Origin: Ilumatobacteraceae bacterium
Lineage (GTDB): Bacteria > Actinomycetota > Acidimicrobiia > Acidimicrobiales > Ilumatobacteraceae
NCBI GenBank assembly: GCA_044351505.1
Contig: JBILFO010000001.1
Location: forward strand, 1-46,398
DNA length: 46,398 nucleotides
Direction of reading: 5' to 3'
The translations under genes were made by a program, and so were the position numbers. The notes beneath the pieces were generated by a model. It was given only the letters and a program-made list of their open reading frames with translations, did not search any database and was not told the origin of the DNA. Positions 18,960-27,138 of this stretch are shown one piece after another (the stretch's first letter is position 1; every line of letters starts with the position of its first letter).

Positions 18960-19904
18960 ATGCCTACAACAATTCCCACGACAATGCCCACGACGAAACA
19001 GCTTCCTGCCATTTCACTTGTGGCCTCACCCACGCGGCGCGCCGGGGTGCTGCAGTTGGCGCGTGACGCACAAGATCGCGGCTTTACCCACGTGGCGTGC
19101 CCGAGCCTTGGTGCAGCAATGTCTCTCTGCGTGTCGCTGGCGCACGCCACCACCACGCTGTCGTACTTCACATCAATTCAACCGATTTATCTGGCGCACG
19201 CCGTCGAAGCCGGCAATACCGCAGCACACATTCACGAGATCTCCGGTGGACGCTTCGCATTCGGCGTCGGCGTGAGCCACGGGCCGGTGGTGCAGCGCCT
19301 CGGTGTGGCCACGGGTAAACCGCTCAGCGATATTCGCGAGTATGTCAGTGCCATGCGGGCCAACGAAAAATTTGGTGGTTCGTTGCCACCGATTTACTTG
19401 GCCACCCTGCGCGACAAAATGCTTGACTTGGCGATTGAGATTGGGGACGGTGCACTGTGGGCCAACGCTTCGTTGCGGGCAATCCCCCAGCAAGTTGCAC
19501 GTATTCCCGTGGAGCGACGGGCAACATTCTTCATGGCCAACATGATTCCTACGGTGATTGCCGACGACATCGAAGCCGCCCGAGCCGTCAACCGGCGCAC
19601 GTTGGTGATGTATGCAACATTGCCGAACTACCGCAACTACTGGCGCGCCAGCGGATACGACAGTCAGGTTGATGAATTTGAGCGAGTGCTAGCGAGCGCC
19701 TCGCGCGAACACTTGGCCGAAGCGCTCACGGCCGTGATGAGTAACGAGTGGTTAGATGACTGCACCATGTCGGGCCCAGCCGAAGTGGTTCGCGAGCGCA
19801 TCGCAGCATGGTGGGCAACAGGCGTGATGCCTGTAGCCGTGATGTCGGCGGTTGACGGCGGCCAAGCCAAGGGCGTGGCCAACTTGTTTGCGGCCTACAG
19901 CTAG
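18960..19904 (+). CDS. luciferase-like monooxygenase (LLM) class oxidoreductase, probably F420-dependent
   Basis: ATG 18960 checked, with an alternative in-frame ATG at 18984. LLM-type TIM-barrel features (GRFAFGVGVSH). One of only four plus-strand genes. Confidence 0.7.
   Translation: MPTTIPTTMPTTKQLPAISLVASPTRRAGVLQLARDAQDRGFTHVACPSLGAAMSLCVSLAHATTTLSYFTSIQPIYLAHAVEAGNTAAHIHEISGGRFAFGVGVSHGPVVQRLGVATGKPLSDIREYVSAMRANEKFGGSLPPIYLATLRDKMLDLAIEIGDGALWANASLRAIPQQVARIPVERRATFFMANMIPTVIADDIEAARAVNRRTLVMYATLPNYRNYWRASGYDSQVDEFERVLASASREHLAEALTAVMSNEWLDDCTMSGPAEVVRERIAAWWATGVMPVAVMSAVDGGQAKGVANLFAAYS
18969..18992 (+). repeat. 12-nt x2 tandem repeat at the 5' end of the LLM gene
   Basis: acaattcccacg / acaatgcccacg. 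The peptide reads MPTTIPTT-MPTTKQ, so the start-codon context is duplicated. Confidence 0.7.
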
Positions 19905-19910
19905 GCGCAA

Positions 19911-20804
19911 TTATTTGACGTAGCCGGGGTCGCTTGGCCAATTCGGTGAAAACAAGTGCCACTGTTCTGGTGCACGACGAATCAATGTTTCAAGTTCAGC
20001 CACCATCAGTTGGCTGAGTCGCTGCATGTCGTCGCGCAAAGTGCCGGTGCGTTCAAATGGGATTGGTGGCCGAACAACGGCGTGATGCCCGTCAACGCGT
20101 CGCGTGAAATATGCGGCAGCAGGGATGATTGGTGCACCGACCCGCAACGAAAAAAACGCCGGCCCAGCCGGCACCGTGGTGCGCTCACCAAAGAACTCAA
20201 CTTCTACCCCATTGCGCTGGATATCGCGGTCACTCATCAACACCACCACGTGATTGGCGCGCAGCGCATCTTGCACCGCCACGCCGGCATGCTCATCAAG
20301 CGGAATCACGTTGACCCCGAGCCCGCGACGCAGCGACAGAAACGTTTCGTAGGCCTCTGTGGATTCGAGCACCTCAACTACTGCACTCACCTGCAAACCA
20401 CGTTGCGCCAACCACCGACCAGCCCATTCCCAGCCACCAACATGTGGCATCGCGAGAATTGCGCCGCTCCCCAACTTGAGCGCGTCTTCAATGTGCGCGT
20501 AACCCTCGGTGCTGAACCCAGCATCAATTTCGCTCGCCGAGAGCGACGGGATTCGAAACGTCTCGAGGTAGTAGCGCAGATAACTCTGGAACGCATCATT
20601 CACGCGGCGTTGCATTTGCAACAAGTTGAGTTCTGGCGACACGCGGCGCTGATGCCGCTCGACCATCTTTCGCTCACCACGCATGGCCACTGCCCCGATT
20701 CCGCCAAGCGACAAAGCAGCAACGTGTGACACCACGGCTGGGGTTGCGGCGCCAAACAGAGTGGCTAAACGAAAAGCGATACCGGGATTTTTGTTGTCAG
20801 GCAT
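19911..20804 (-). CDS. patA: lysophospholipid/lauroyl acyltransferase family, PIM acyltransferase PatA-like
   Basis: Internal ATG 20804 checked (8-nt overlap with the pgsA stop). HtrB/LPLAT-like sequence. Position between pgsA1 and pimA as for Rv2611c. Confidence 0.7.
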   Translation of the reverse strand: MPDNKNPGIAFRLATLFGAATPAVVSHVAALSLGGIGAVAMRGERKMVERHQRRVSPELNLLQMQRRVNDAFQSYLRYYLETFRIPSLSASEIDAGFSTEGYAHIEDALKLGSGAILAMPHVGGWEWAGRWLAQRGLQVSAVVEVLESTEAYETFLSLRRGLGVNVIPLDEHAGVAVQDALRANHVVVLMSDRDIQRNGVEVEFFGERTTVPAGPAFFSLRVGAPIIPAAAYFTRRVDGHHAVVRPPIPFERTGTLRDDMQRLSQLMVAELETLIRRAPEQWHLFSPNWPSDPGYVK

Positions 20805-21486
20805 CGCGACGGCGCGATGACAAGCGAGCCCGACGGTCGGCAAACGCTGCACGCCGCGTCGCGCGATGCATGCGCCGTGTTTCGAGTCGCGCTGCAGTTA
20901 CTGGCGCGACGGCTGCTTGACGCCAAATCTTGATGAAGCGCTGCACTGCAGTCACCGACACCAAGACCAGCATCAGCCACATCACCCAGTAGAGACCTTG
21001 ATCAAACAAGAGCCCGACGCATAAAATAACGATGCGCTCGGCGCGCTCCATCAAACCACCCTTGGCTTGCAGCCCAAGTGATTCGGCCTTGGCTCGCTGA
21101 TACGAAATCAACGACGACACGGCCATAACTGCAAACGGCAAGACCGCCGCGGTGCCCCCGCGGGTGTCGCCGAGATACCACGCGACACCACCAAGCATGA
21201 AACTGTCGGCGATGCGATCGATGGTCGAGTCAAAGAATGCACCACGCTGACTAGAGACATTCGACGCCTTGGCCAAAGCCCCGTCGAGCATGTCGGGCAA
21301 AGCGGCCGCAATTACGAGCAACAACCCCACCCGTAGGTAACCCGCACCAATCGAGACGGCGGCCGCAATAGAAACCAACAATCCGACGATGGTCAGATGG
21401 TCTGGGGTGATCTTGGTGCGCGTCAACGTCACGCCAACGGGGCGAACGTATTTGTCGACGTGCACACGAAATTTGCCATCAAACAC
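20797..21486 (-). CDS. pgsA: CDP-alcohol phosphatidyltransferase, phosphatidylinositol-phosphate synthase PgsA1-like
   Basis: DMLDGALAKASNVSSQRGAFFDSTIDRIAD matches D(x)2DG(x)2AR(x)8G(x)3D(x)3D. Multi-TM. Arg-rich C-terminal tail. Synteny with Rv2612c. Confidence 0.8.
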   Translation of the reverse strand: MFDGKFRVHVDKYVRPVGVTLTRTKITPDHLTIVGLLVSIAAAVSIGAGYLRVGLLLVIAAALPDMLDGALAKASNVSSQRGAFFDSTIDRIADSFMLGGVAWYLGDTRGGTAAVLPFAVMAVSSLISYQRAKAESLGLQAKGGLMERAERIVILCVGLLFDQGLYWVMWLMLVLVSVTAVQRFIKIWRQAAVAPVTAARLETRRMHRATRRAAFADRRARLSSRRRDA

Positions 21487-21495
21487 AAGACAACA

Positions 21496-22002
21496 CTACT
21501 TCTGGTCGTTGGGACTGTCGTCGGGGCTGTCGTCGGGATTGTCTTCAACGAGACGTTCTTTGATGCTCCCATCAATGGCATCAATGAGCACGAGGCCGCG
21601 CCGCAGTGGTGGCTCTTCGCTGCTGTAGCAAAACACCCGCCAGGTCGGGCGACTGCGCAGACCGCGCCACACTTGTTGCGCCGATGCGTGACCTACGGCA
21701 AAATCCACAGCCTGAGTAGCGCGCACTAGTGCGTCGCGTTCGTCAACTTGCATTCGCCACGCTGCCGACAAACCGTATGCGCCAAATAACCCAAACAACA
21801 CGGCAGCAAACATGAACCCGTCGTTCACCACGGCGGTGTCGCCGTCGCGCGTGGCAAACCACGCAGCAGCGCACAGCGCGCCGATCACCAGATACATCAC
21901 AGCCGGAATACGCCGCCGACTGTTGTCAGGAAACTGATACGCCCCCACATACTCGCTGGCGTTCAAATCGTCGGGAAGCTCGTCACGCACTTCGTCGCTC
22001 AT
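21496..22002 (-). CDS. hypothetical small membrane protein (2 TM plus a ~70-aa soluble domain)
   Basis: 168-aa ORF with ATG 22002 in an ATGA overlap with the HIT stop. Hydrophobic segments IPAVMYLVIGALCAAAWFA and FMFAAVLFGLFGAYGLSAAW. Acidic DDSPDDSPND C-terminus. I recognise no family signature. Confidence 0.6.
   Translation of the reverse strand: MSDEVRDELPDDLNASEYVGAYQFPDNSRRRIPAVMYLVIGALCAAAWFATRDGDTAVVNDGFMFAAVLFGLFGAYGLSAAWRMQVDERDALVRATQAVDFAVGHASAQQVWRGLRSRPTWRVFCYSSEEPPLRRGLVLIDAIDGSIKERLVEDNPDDSPDDSPNDQK
21511..21546 (-). repeat. 12-nt x3 tandem repeat at the 3' end of the hypothetical membrane protein gene
   Basis: gggactgtcgtc / ggggctgtcgtc / gggattgtcttc, encoding EDNP-DDSP-DDSP. 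Confidence 0.7.
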
Positions 22003-22520
22003 TGTTGAGATCCTTTCGGCCAGGCTGCTCGCAGTCGGCTGGCGGTTGTGGTGAGCGGTTCCGACAACACCTTGGTGTTGGCGATGGCCACCGTGAAGTT
22101 GGTGTCACCCACCCACCGTGGCACCAAGTGCACGTGCAGATGCTGGGCCACGCTGCCACCCGCAGGTGCCCCAAGATTGAGCCCAACGTTGAGCCCGGCT
22201 GGCGCGAATGCAGACTTGAGCGCCAGCGTTGCGTCGCGCACGGTCAGCCAGAGTTCGTTGCGTTCGTCATCGGTGAGGTCTTCCAAGTTGGCGACTTGTC
22301 GATACGGCAGCACCAAGCAGTGGCCGCTCGCATACGGGTACGCATTCAAGATCACAAAGCACTTGCTGCCGCGCGCCACGATGTGGGTTTCGTCATCAGG
22401 CAAGCCGCTGGCAAGAATGCGCGAGAAAATCGATTCACCATCCTGTGGTGCGTTGTTGCCCTCGGGCCCAAAACCCGAAACATACTCTGATCGCCACCCG
22501 GCCCACAGACGTTCGAGCAT
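21999..22520 (-). CDS. HIT family protein (Rv2613c-like Ap4A phosphorylase/hydrolase)
   Basis: 173 aa. Histidine triad HLHVHLVPRW. Immediately downstream of thrS, as in mycobacteria. Confidence 0.85.
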   Translation of the reverse strand: MLERLWAGWRSEYVSGFGPEGNNAPQDGESIFSRILASGLPDDETHIVARGSKCFVILNAYPYASGHCLVLPYRQVANLEDLTDDERNELWLTVRDATLALKSAFAPAGLNVGLNLGAPAGGSVAQHLHVHLVPRWVGDTNFTVAIANTKVLSEPLTTTASRLRAAWPKGSQQ

Positions 22521-22528
22521 GGTGCGGG

Positions 22529-24505
22529 TTAACGACCCGAACCTTCGTGCACGTCGGCACGAAGACGTTCGACAAAATCAGCAAACGAAACGTCGCGCTG
22601 CACCTCGCCACCGCGCGGGTTGACACCGACCGAGTTGGCTTGCACGTCATCGTCGCCCACCACCAGCACGTAAGGAATGCGTTCGAGCTTGGCAGCGCGA
22701 ATTCGCTTGCCGAGTTGTTCGTCAGCCACTGCAGTATCCACACGGAAACCTTCCGCACCGAGTTGGGCAATGAGACCAGCCACGTGTGCTTCGTGGGCAC
22801 TGGTGACGGGCAAGACACGCACCTGCACGGGCGCTAGCCACGTCGGGAACGAACCGCCGTAGTGCTCGAGCAAGACGCCAAAGAATCGCTCGACCGAGCC
22901 GAAAAGTGCGCGATGCAACATGATCGGACGATGACGTTGGTTGTCGGCCCCGACGTATTCCAACCCGAAGCGCTCTGGCAATTGGAAGTCGGCCTGAATA
23001 GTGCTCAGTTGCCACTTGCGACCGATTGCATCACGCACGTCGATATCGATCTTGGGGCCATAGAACGCCGCGTCACCCTCACCGATGGTGTAGGGCACAC
23101 CGAGTTTGTCGAGAGCCAGACGCAATGCAGTGGTTGCTTTATCCCACATCTCGTCAGTACCAATCGATTTGTCGGCATTCCGAGTGGACAACTTGTACGA
23201 AAAATCGTCAAACCCAAACCGGCGCAACACCGACAACACGAAGTCGAGTAGAGATCCGATTTCGTCGGCCAGATGTTCTTGCGTACAAAAAATGTGGCTG
23301 TCATCCTGAGTAAACCCACGAATACGCAACAACCCGTGCAGTGTGCCCGCCCGTTCGTAGCGATAGACGGTTCCCAACTCGAACAGCCGCAACGGCAGCT
23401 CGCGATAGCTGCGTTGGCGGTCACGATAAATGAGGCAGTGCATCGGGCAGTTCATCGGCTTGGGGTAATAGGTGCCGTTGTCCATTTCCATCGGCGGATA
23501 CATGCCGTCTTTGTAGAAGTCGAGATGCCCGGAAGTCTCGAACAGGTTCGCGTTGGCCAAGTGCGGCGTGTACACAAACTGATAGCCGCCGTTTTGGTGA
23601 CGCTCGCGGCTGTAGTCCTCCATGATTTTGCGCACGGTGGCACCTTTGGGATGCCAGACGGCCAGACCGCCTCCCAGTTCCGAGGGAAACGACAGCAGAT
23701 CCATCTCGACGGCGAGGCGACGGTGGTCGCGCTTTTCGGCTTCTTCCAAACGCACCAGGTGTTCTTGCAAGGCCGCCTTGGATTCCCACGCCGTGCCGTA
23801 GATGCGCTGCAGGGTTGGCCCTTTTTCGTTGCTGCGCCAGTGTGCACCAGCGACTTTCATCAACGCAAAATGAGTGAGTCGACCAGTGCTTGGCACGTGC
23901 GGCCCGCGACACAAGTCGACGAACGTGTCGCTGTTGCGATACACGCTGACTGAATCACCGCCCGCGACCTCGCCGGCATCTTGGGCGTCAACGTTGCCCG
24001 CCGTAACTCGCTGAATGATCTCGCATTTGTACGGTTGGTCGGCAAATAACTCCAGCGCCTCGCGTGGCGACATCTCGGATCGCACGAACGGCTGGTTTTG
24101 TTCGACGATCTCGATCATTCGTTTGGTGATCAGTGCCAGGTCGTCTTGGGTAAAGGTGCGATCACCTGGAAGATCGAAGTCGTAGTAAAAACCGTCTTCA
24201 ATTGCGGGGCCAACCGTGAACTTGGCACCAGGAAACAACTGCAACACCGCTTGGGCAAGCACATGGGCAGTCGAGTGGCGCAAGACGTGGCGCCCAGCAT
24301 CGGTGTCGACGGTGATGATTGCGACGCGGTCACCTGAGTGGAGCGGGGCCAACAAATCGGTCTCGTGATCATTGACGACGGCCGCTACTGCTGCTTTGGC
24401 CAAACGAGGCCCGATGACCGCGGCTAAATCGAGGGCACTCGCCCCGCTTGGCAACTGTTTGGTGGAACCGTCTGGCAGACGAACGTCGATCAGCGCTGCG
24501 GACAT
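22529..24505 (-). CDS. thrS: threonine--tRNA ligase
   Basis: 658 aa. N-terminal TGS, editing-domain HSTAHVLAQAV, class II catalytic core (FTQDDSHIF, GSVERF), C-terminal anticodon-binding domain. Confidence 0.95.
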   Translation of the reverse strand: MSAALIDVRLPDGSTKQLPSGASALDLAAVIGPRLAKAAVAAVVNDHETDLLAPLHSGDRVAIITVDTDAGRHVLRHSTAHVLAQAVLQLFPGAKFTVGPAIEDGFYYDFDLPGDRTFTQDDLALITKRMIEIVEQNQPFVRSEMSPREALELFADQPYKCEIIQRVTAGNVDAQDAGEVAGGDSVSVYRNSDTFVDLCRGPHVPSTGRLTHFALMKVAGAHWRSNEKGPTLQRIYGTAWESKAALQEHLVRLEEAEKRDHRRLAVEMDLLSFPSELGGGLAVWHPKGATVRKIMEDYSRERHQNGGYQFVYTPHLANANLFETSGHLDFYKDGMYPPMEMDNGTYYPKPMNCPMHCLIYRDRQRSYRELPLRLFELGTVYRYERAGTLHGLLRIRGFTQDDSHIFCTQEHLADEIGSLLDFVLSVLRRFGFDDFSYKLSTRNADKSIGTDEMWDKATTALRLALDKLGVPYTIGEGDAAFYGPKIDIDVRDAIGRKWQLSTIQADFQLPERFGLEYVGADNQRHRPIMLHRALFGSVERFFGVLLEHYGGSFPTWLAPVQVRVLPVTSAHEAHVAGLIAQLGAEGFRVDTAVADEQLGKRIRAAKLERIPYVLVVGDDDVQANSVGVNPRGGEVQRDVSFADFVERLRADVHEGSGR

Positions 24506-24512
24506 GCAGTCG

Positions 24513-25301
24513 TTATTCTACGTTCGCCATCTCCCCTGGGTTGGGTGTTTCACTCGTTGCGAAGCGCGGTATCTCGGCAGTTTCGGCCACGAACGTCTCC
24601 GAACGGCGCTTGGTGGCGTAGGTGTTGCGATATTCCTGGCCGGTGAGTTCGCGAATCTCGAACATCAATTCATCGGTGATCTCTCGCAGTACCAGCGGAT
24701 CATTGGCCCGCTCGGTATAGCGCGCCACGTTGATTGGTCGACCAATAGAAATCTTGACCGTGCCACCCAAGCGCGGCAGCGACGTATCAGGGGGCTGAAT
24801 CTCGCGTGTGCCCACGATGCCCACCGGAAAGAGAGGGCAGCCGAGTTTGATGGCGAGCCGCGCTGCACCAGTGTGGCCTTTATAGAGCATCCCGTCACGA
24901 CTGCGGGTGCCTTCGGGATAGATGCCGAACAATTCGCCACGTTGCAACACCCGCTCGGCAGCATCGAGCGCAGCCCGCGATTTTTCTCCACCGCTGCGGT
25001 CAACGGGGATCATCCCCATCTTGGGGAAAAACCAACGAGTCTTCCAAGAGTCCATGTATTCGCTTTTGCCAATGAACGAAATACTGCGTGGCGACAACAC
25101 CATGAGCAGCGCTGAATCCAAAAAGCTGATGTGGTTCGGACACAAGATTGCTGCGCCGTTAGCGGGCAGCCGATCGAAACCATCTAATTCGAACTTCCAT
25201 GCGCGTCGTGCCAAAGGCTGCACGATGCGGCGCAGACGCGACTGAAACGGTGTGGCTCCGTTGAACACCCAATCCGGAAACGGTTTAGGGCTGGTTACCA
25301 C
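24513..25301 (-). CDS. plsC: 1-acyl-sn-glycerol-3-phosphate acyltransferase family protein
   Basis: NHISFLDS (HX4D) and IYPEGTRS motifs. GTG start 25301 overlaps the mshC stop by 7 nt. Confidence 0.8.
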   Translation of the reverse strand: MVTSPKPFPDWVFNGATPFQSRLRRIVQPLARRAWKFELDGFDRLPANGAAILCPNHISFLDSALLMVLSPRSISFIGKSEYMDSWKTRWFFPKMGMIPVDRSGGEKSRAALDAAERVLQRGELFGIYPEGTRSRDGMLYKGHTGAARLAIKLGCPLFPVGIVGTREIQPPDTSLPRLGGTVKISIGRPINVARYTERANDPLVLREITDELMFEIRELTGQEYRNTYATKRRSETFVAETAEIPRFATSETPNPGEMANVE

Positions 25302-26443
25302 ACGATTCCCAACAAAGCGGCAGCGTCACGCACGTTCACGCCGCGTTCGACGGCTTCGTCAATGATGGAAATTGCACCAGGAGTGTCGAGATCGTCGTCG
25401 AGTCGCGCACGGACTTCGTTGAGCACGGCCTGACCCCCTTTGCTTGGTGACCCTAATGAATCCTTTGAGTCAACTTGACCAACCGACCATTTGCCAAGCC
25501 GAGCAGTGGCTCGATCCATGAGACCTTTGTCCCACTCCCACTCGTGGCGGTAATGGTTCACCAGCAATCCAAGACGAATCGCCATGGGGTCGTGCGCCTG
25601 GCGCAAGGCGTCAACAAACACCAGATTGCCCCGGCTCTTGGACATCTTGTGGCCGTCCATCCACACCATCGCCACATGCATCCAGTGGCGCACGAACTCC
25701 ACGCCTGTGGCGGCCTCGGATTGCGCTCGTTCACATTCATGATGCGGATAGATGAGGTCACTACCCCCGCCGTGCAGGTCGATGGTGGTGCCGAGTTCGC
25801 GCAAGGCCAAGGCGCTGCATTCGATATGCCAGCCCGGTCGCCCAGGCCCCCACATCGTGTCCCACGCTGGTTCGTCGGGGGCCGAGGGTTGCCACAACAC
25901 GAAATCCAACGGGTCGCGCTTGTACGGGTCATCAACATTGCCCCCGCGCTCGCGAGCCAGTTCCAACATCTTGACCCGATCGTGATGCGAGATAGAACCG
26001 AACTTGTCAGAGCGGGTCACATCGAAATACACCGAGCCGCCTGCTTCGTAGGCGTAGCCGCGCTCCAACACCATGCCGATGAATCCACGGATCTCGGGAA
26101 TCGCTGACGATGCCCGCGGAGTAGATGCCATTGGCACGAAGTTGAGCGCCCGCAAGTCGTCTTCGAGTCGCTGTTCTTCACGAGCGGCAAGGTCCAGATA
26201 GTGCATGTCGAGTTCACGAGCCTTGACAAACAGTGGATCATCGACATCGGTTACGTTGCGCACACACTGCACCGTGCGGCCCGTATCCATAAGTCGACGA
26301 ATCAGCACGTCATAAGTAATGAACGTGAATGCGTGCCCGAGATGAGTTGCGTCATACGGCGTCACGCCACACACGTACATTTTCACGTGGTCGCCCGGCG
26401 TGAAATCAACGACCTCTCGTCGCGCGGTGTCGAATAGACGCAC
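25295..26443 (-). CDS. mshC: cysteine:1D-myo-inosityl 2-amino-2-deoxy-alpha-D-glucopyranoside ligase (MshC); CysRS paralogue
   Basis: RLFDTARREV...MYVCGVTPYDATHLGH, GPGRPGWHIECSA, GGGSDLIYPHHE and KMSKSRGN are collinear with mycobacterial MshC. The ~382-aa length lacks the CysRS anticodon-binding domain. Proposed GTG start 26443 lies 8 nt after the npdG stop; the upstream part of the track ORF is dropped. Confidence 0.7.
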   Translation of the reverse strand: MRLFDTARREVVDFTPGDHVKMYVCGVTPYDATHLGHAFTFITYDVLIRRLMDTGRTVQCVRNVTDVDDPLFVKARELDMHYLDLAAREEQRLEDDLRALNFVPMASTPRASSAIPEIRGFIGMVLERGYAYEAGGSVYFDVTRSDKFGSISHHDRVKMLELARERGGNVDDPYKRDPLDFVLWQPSAPDEPAWDTMWGPGRPGWHIECSALALRELGTTIDLHGGGSDLIYPHHECERAQSEAATGVEFVRHWMHVAMVWMDGHKMSKSRGNLVFVDALRQAHDPMAIRLGLLVNHYRHEWEWDKGLMDRATARLGKWSVGQVDSKDSLGSPSKGGQAVLNEVRARLDDDLDTPGAISIIDEAVERGVNVRDAAALLGIVW

Positions 26444-26451
26444 GCCTGTGC

Positions 26452-27120
26452 TCAGTTGATTCCCGTGAAACGTGGTGCCACGCGCGTCTTGTAACGCACA
26501 TTGAGTTGCAGCAGCACAGCCGTGAGTGCCTCGATGGCGAGCGCGTTGGACAACAACCCAGCATTGAGTGGTCGACACCCTGCAATGTGAGCCACGATGT
26601 CGCTGACCGTCTTGGTCGCCTCGTTGTTGTCTGAGCAAATCAACACGTCACTGTCCACGTCGTGGTCGAGCGCACCTAACTCGATAGCTGGCAGGTGTTG
26701 AAATGCGGCAACCACATGCGACGCGGGTATCGCCGCTTGCACGTGGGCGGCAATGCTGCCCCGCGGCGGAATCAGCGGCTGAAATTCTTTGCCCACTCGA
26801 ATGAGGGCATTGGCCATGGTGATCACAACTTTTCCGCGGAGCGCTTCGGCATGTTCGGTGACGGTGGTCGCCGCTGAATCCCACGGAGTGGCCAACACGA
26901 TGATGTCGCGTTGGGCTGCCGTTGCGTTGTCACCGCCGGCCAGGTCGAGCCGACGGCTCGCCCATTTGGTGACCAGTTCACTGGCCACTTCTTGGCCGCG
27001 CTCTGGCGTACGCGAACCGATGAACCCGGGATAGCCCACCGACGCCAGTCGCGCCGCCAACGCACTGCCAGCCGGGCCGGTGCCGCCGAGATATCCGATG
27101 CTCGCAAGAGAACTAGTCAT
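26452..27120 (-). CDS. npdG: NADPH-dependent F420 reductase (NpdG/Fno-like)
   Basis: Internal ATG 27120 checked. 222 aa, Rossmann motif IGYLGGTGPAGSALA. The remaining 5' 298 codons of the 520-aa track ORF are antisense to inhA and yyaL and are rejected. Confidence 0.75.
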   Translation of the reverse strand: MTSSLASIGYLGGTGPAGSALAARLASVGYPGFIGSRTPERGQEVASELVTKWASRRLDLAGGDNATAAQRDIIVLATPWDSAATTVTEHAEALRGKVVITMANALIRVGKEFQPLIPPRGSIAAHVQAAIPASHVVAAFQHLPAIELGALDHDVDSDVLICSDNNEATKTVSDIVAHIAGCRPLNAGLLSNALAIEALTAVLLQLNVRYKTRVAPRFTGIN

Positions 27121-27126
27121 GTCCAC

Positions 27127-27133
27127 TACCGTA
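27127..27133. promoter_or_regulatory. candidate bidirectional -10 element (TACCGTA) in the 18-bp npdG/inhA divergent spacer
   Basis: Plus strand: TACCGT (27127-27132), 6 nt, then GTG 27139. Minus strand: TACGGT (27133-27128), 7 nt, then ATG 27120. Both fit TANNNT at a leaderless-type distance. Confidence 0.3.
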
Positions 27134-27138
27134 GCGAC

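Noticed and set aside
20797-20935. Strongly basic C-terminal tails on several membrane proteins: PgsA1 (RRMHRATRRAAFADRRARLSSRRRDA), SecF (PPRPRKRRRR, 2327-2360) and YajC (KAPKKSKK).
   Set aside because: This is a compositional trend that may be lineage-typical. There is no shared motif or repeat at the DNA level, and I cannot attach a specific testable function from the sequence alone.
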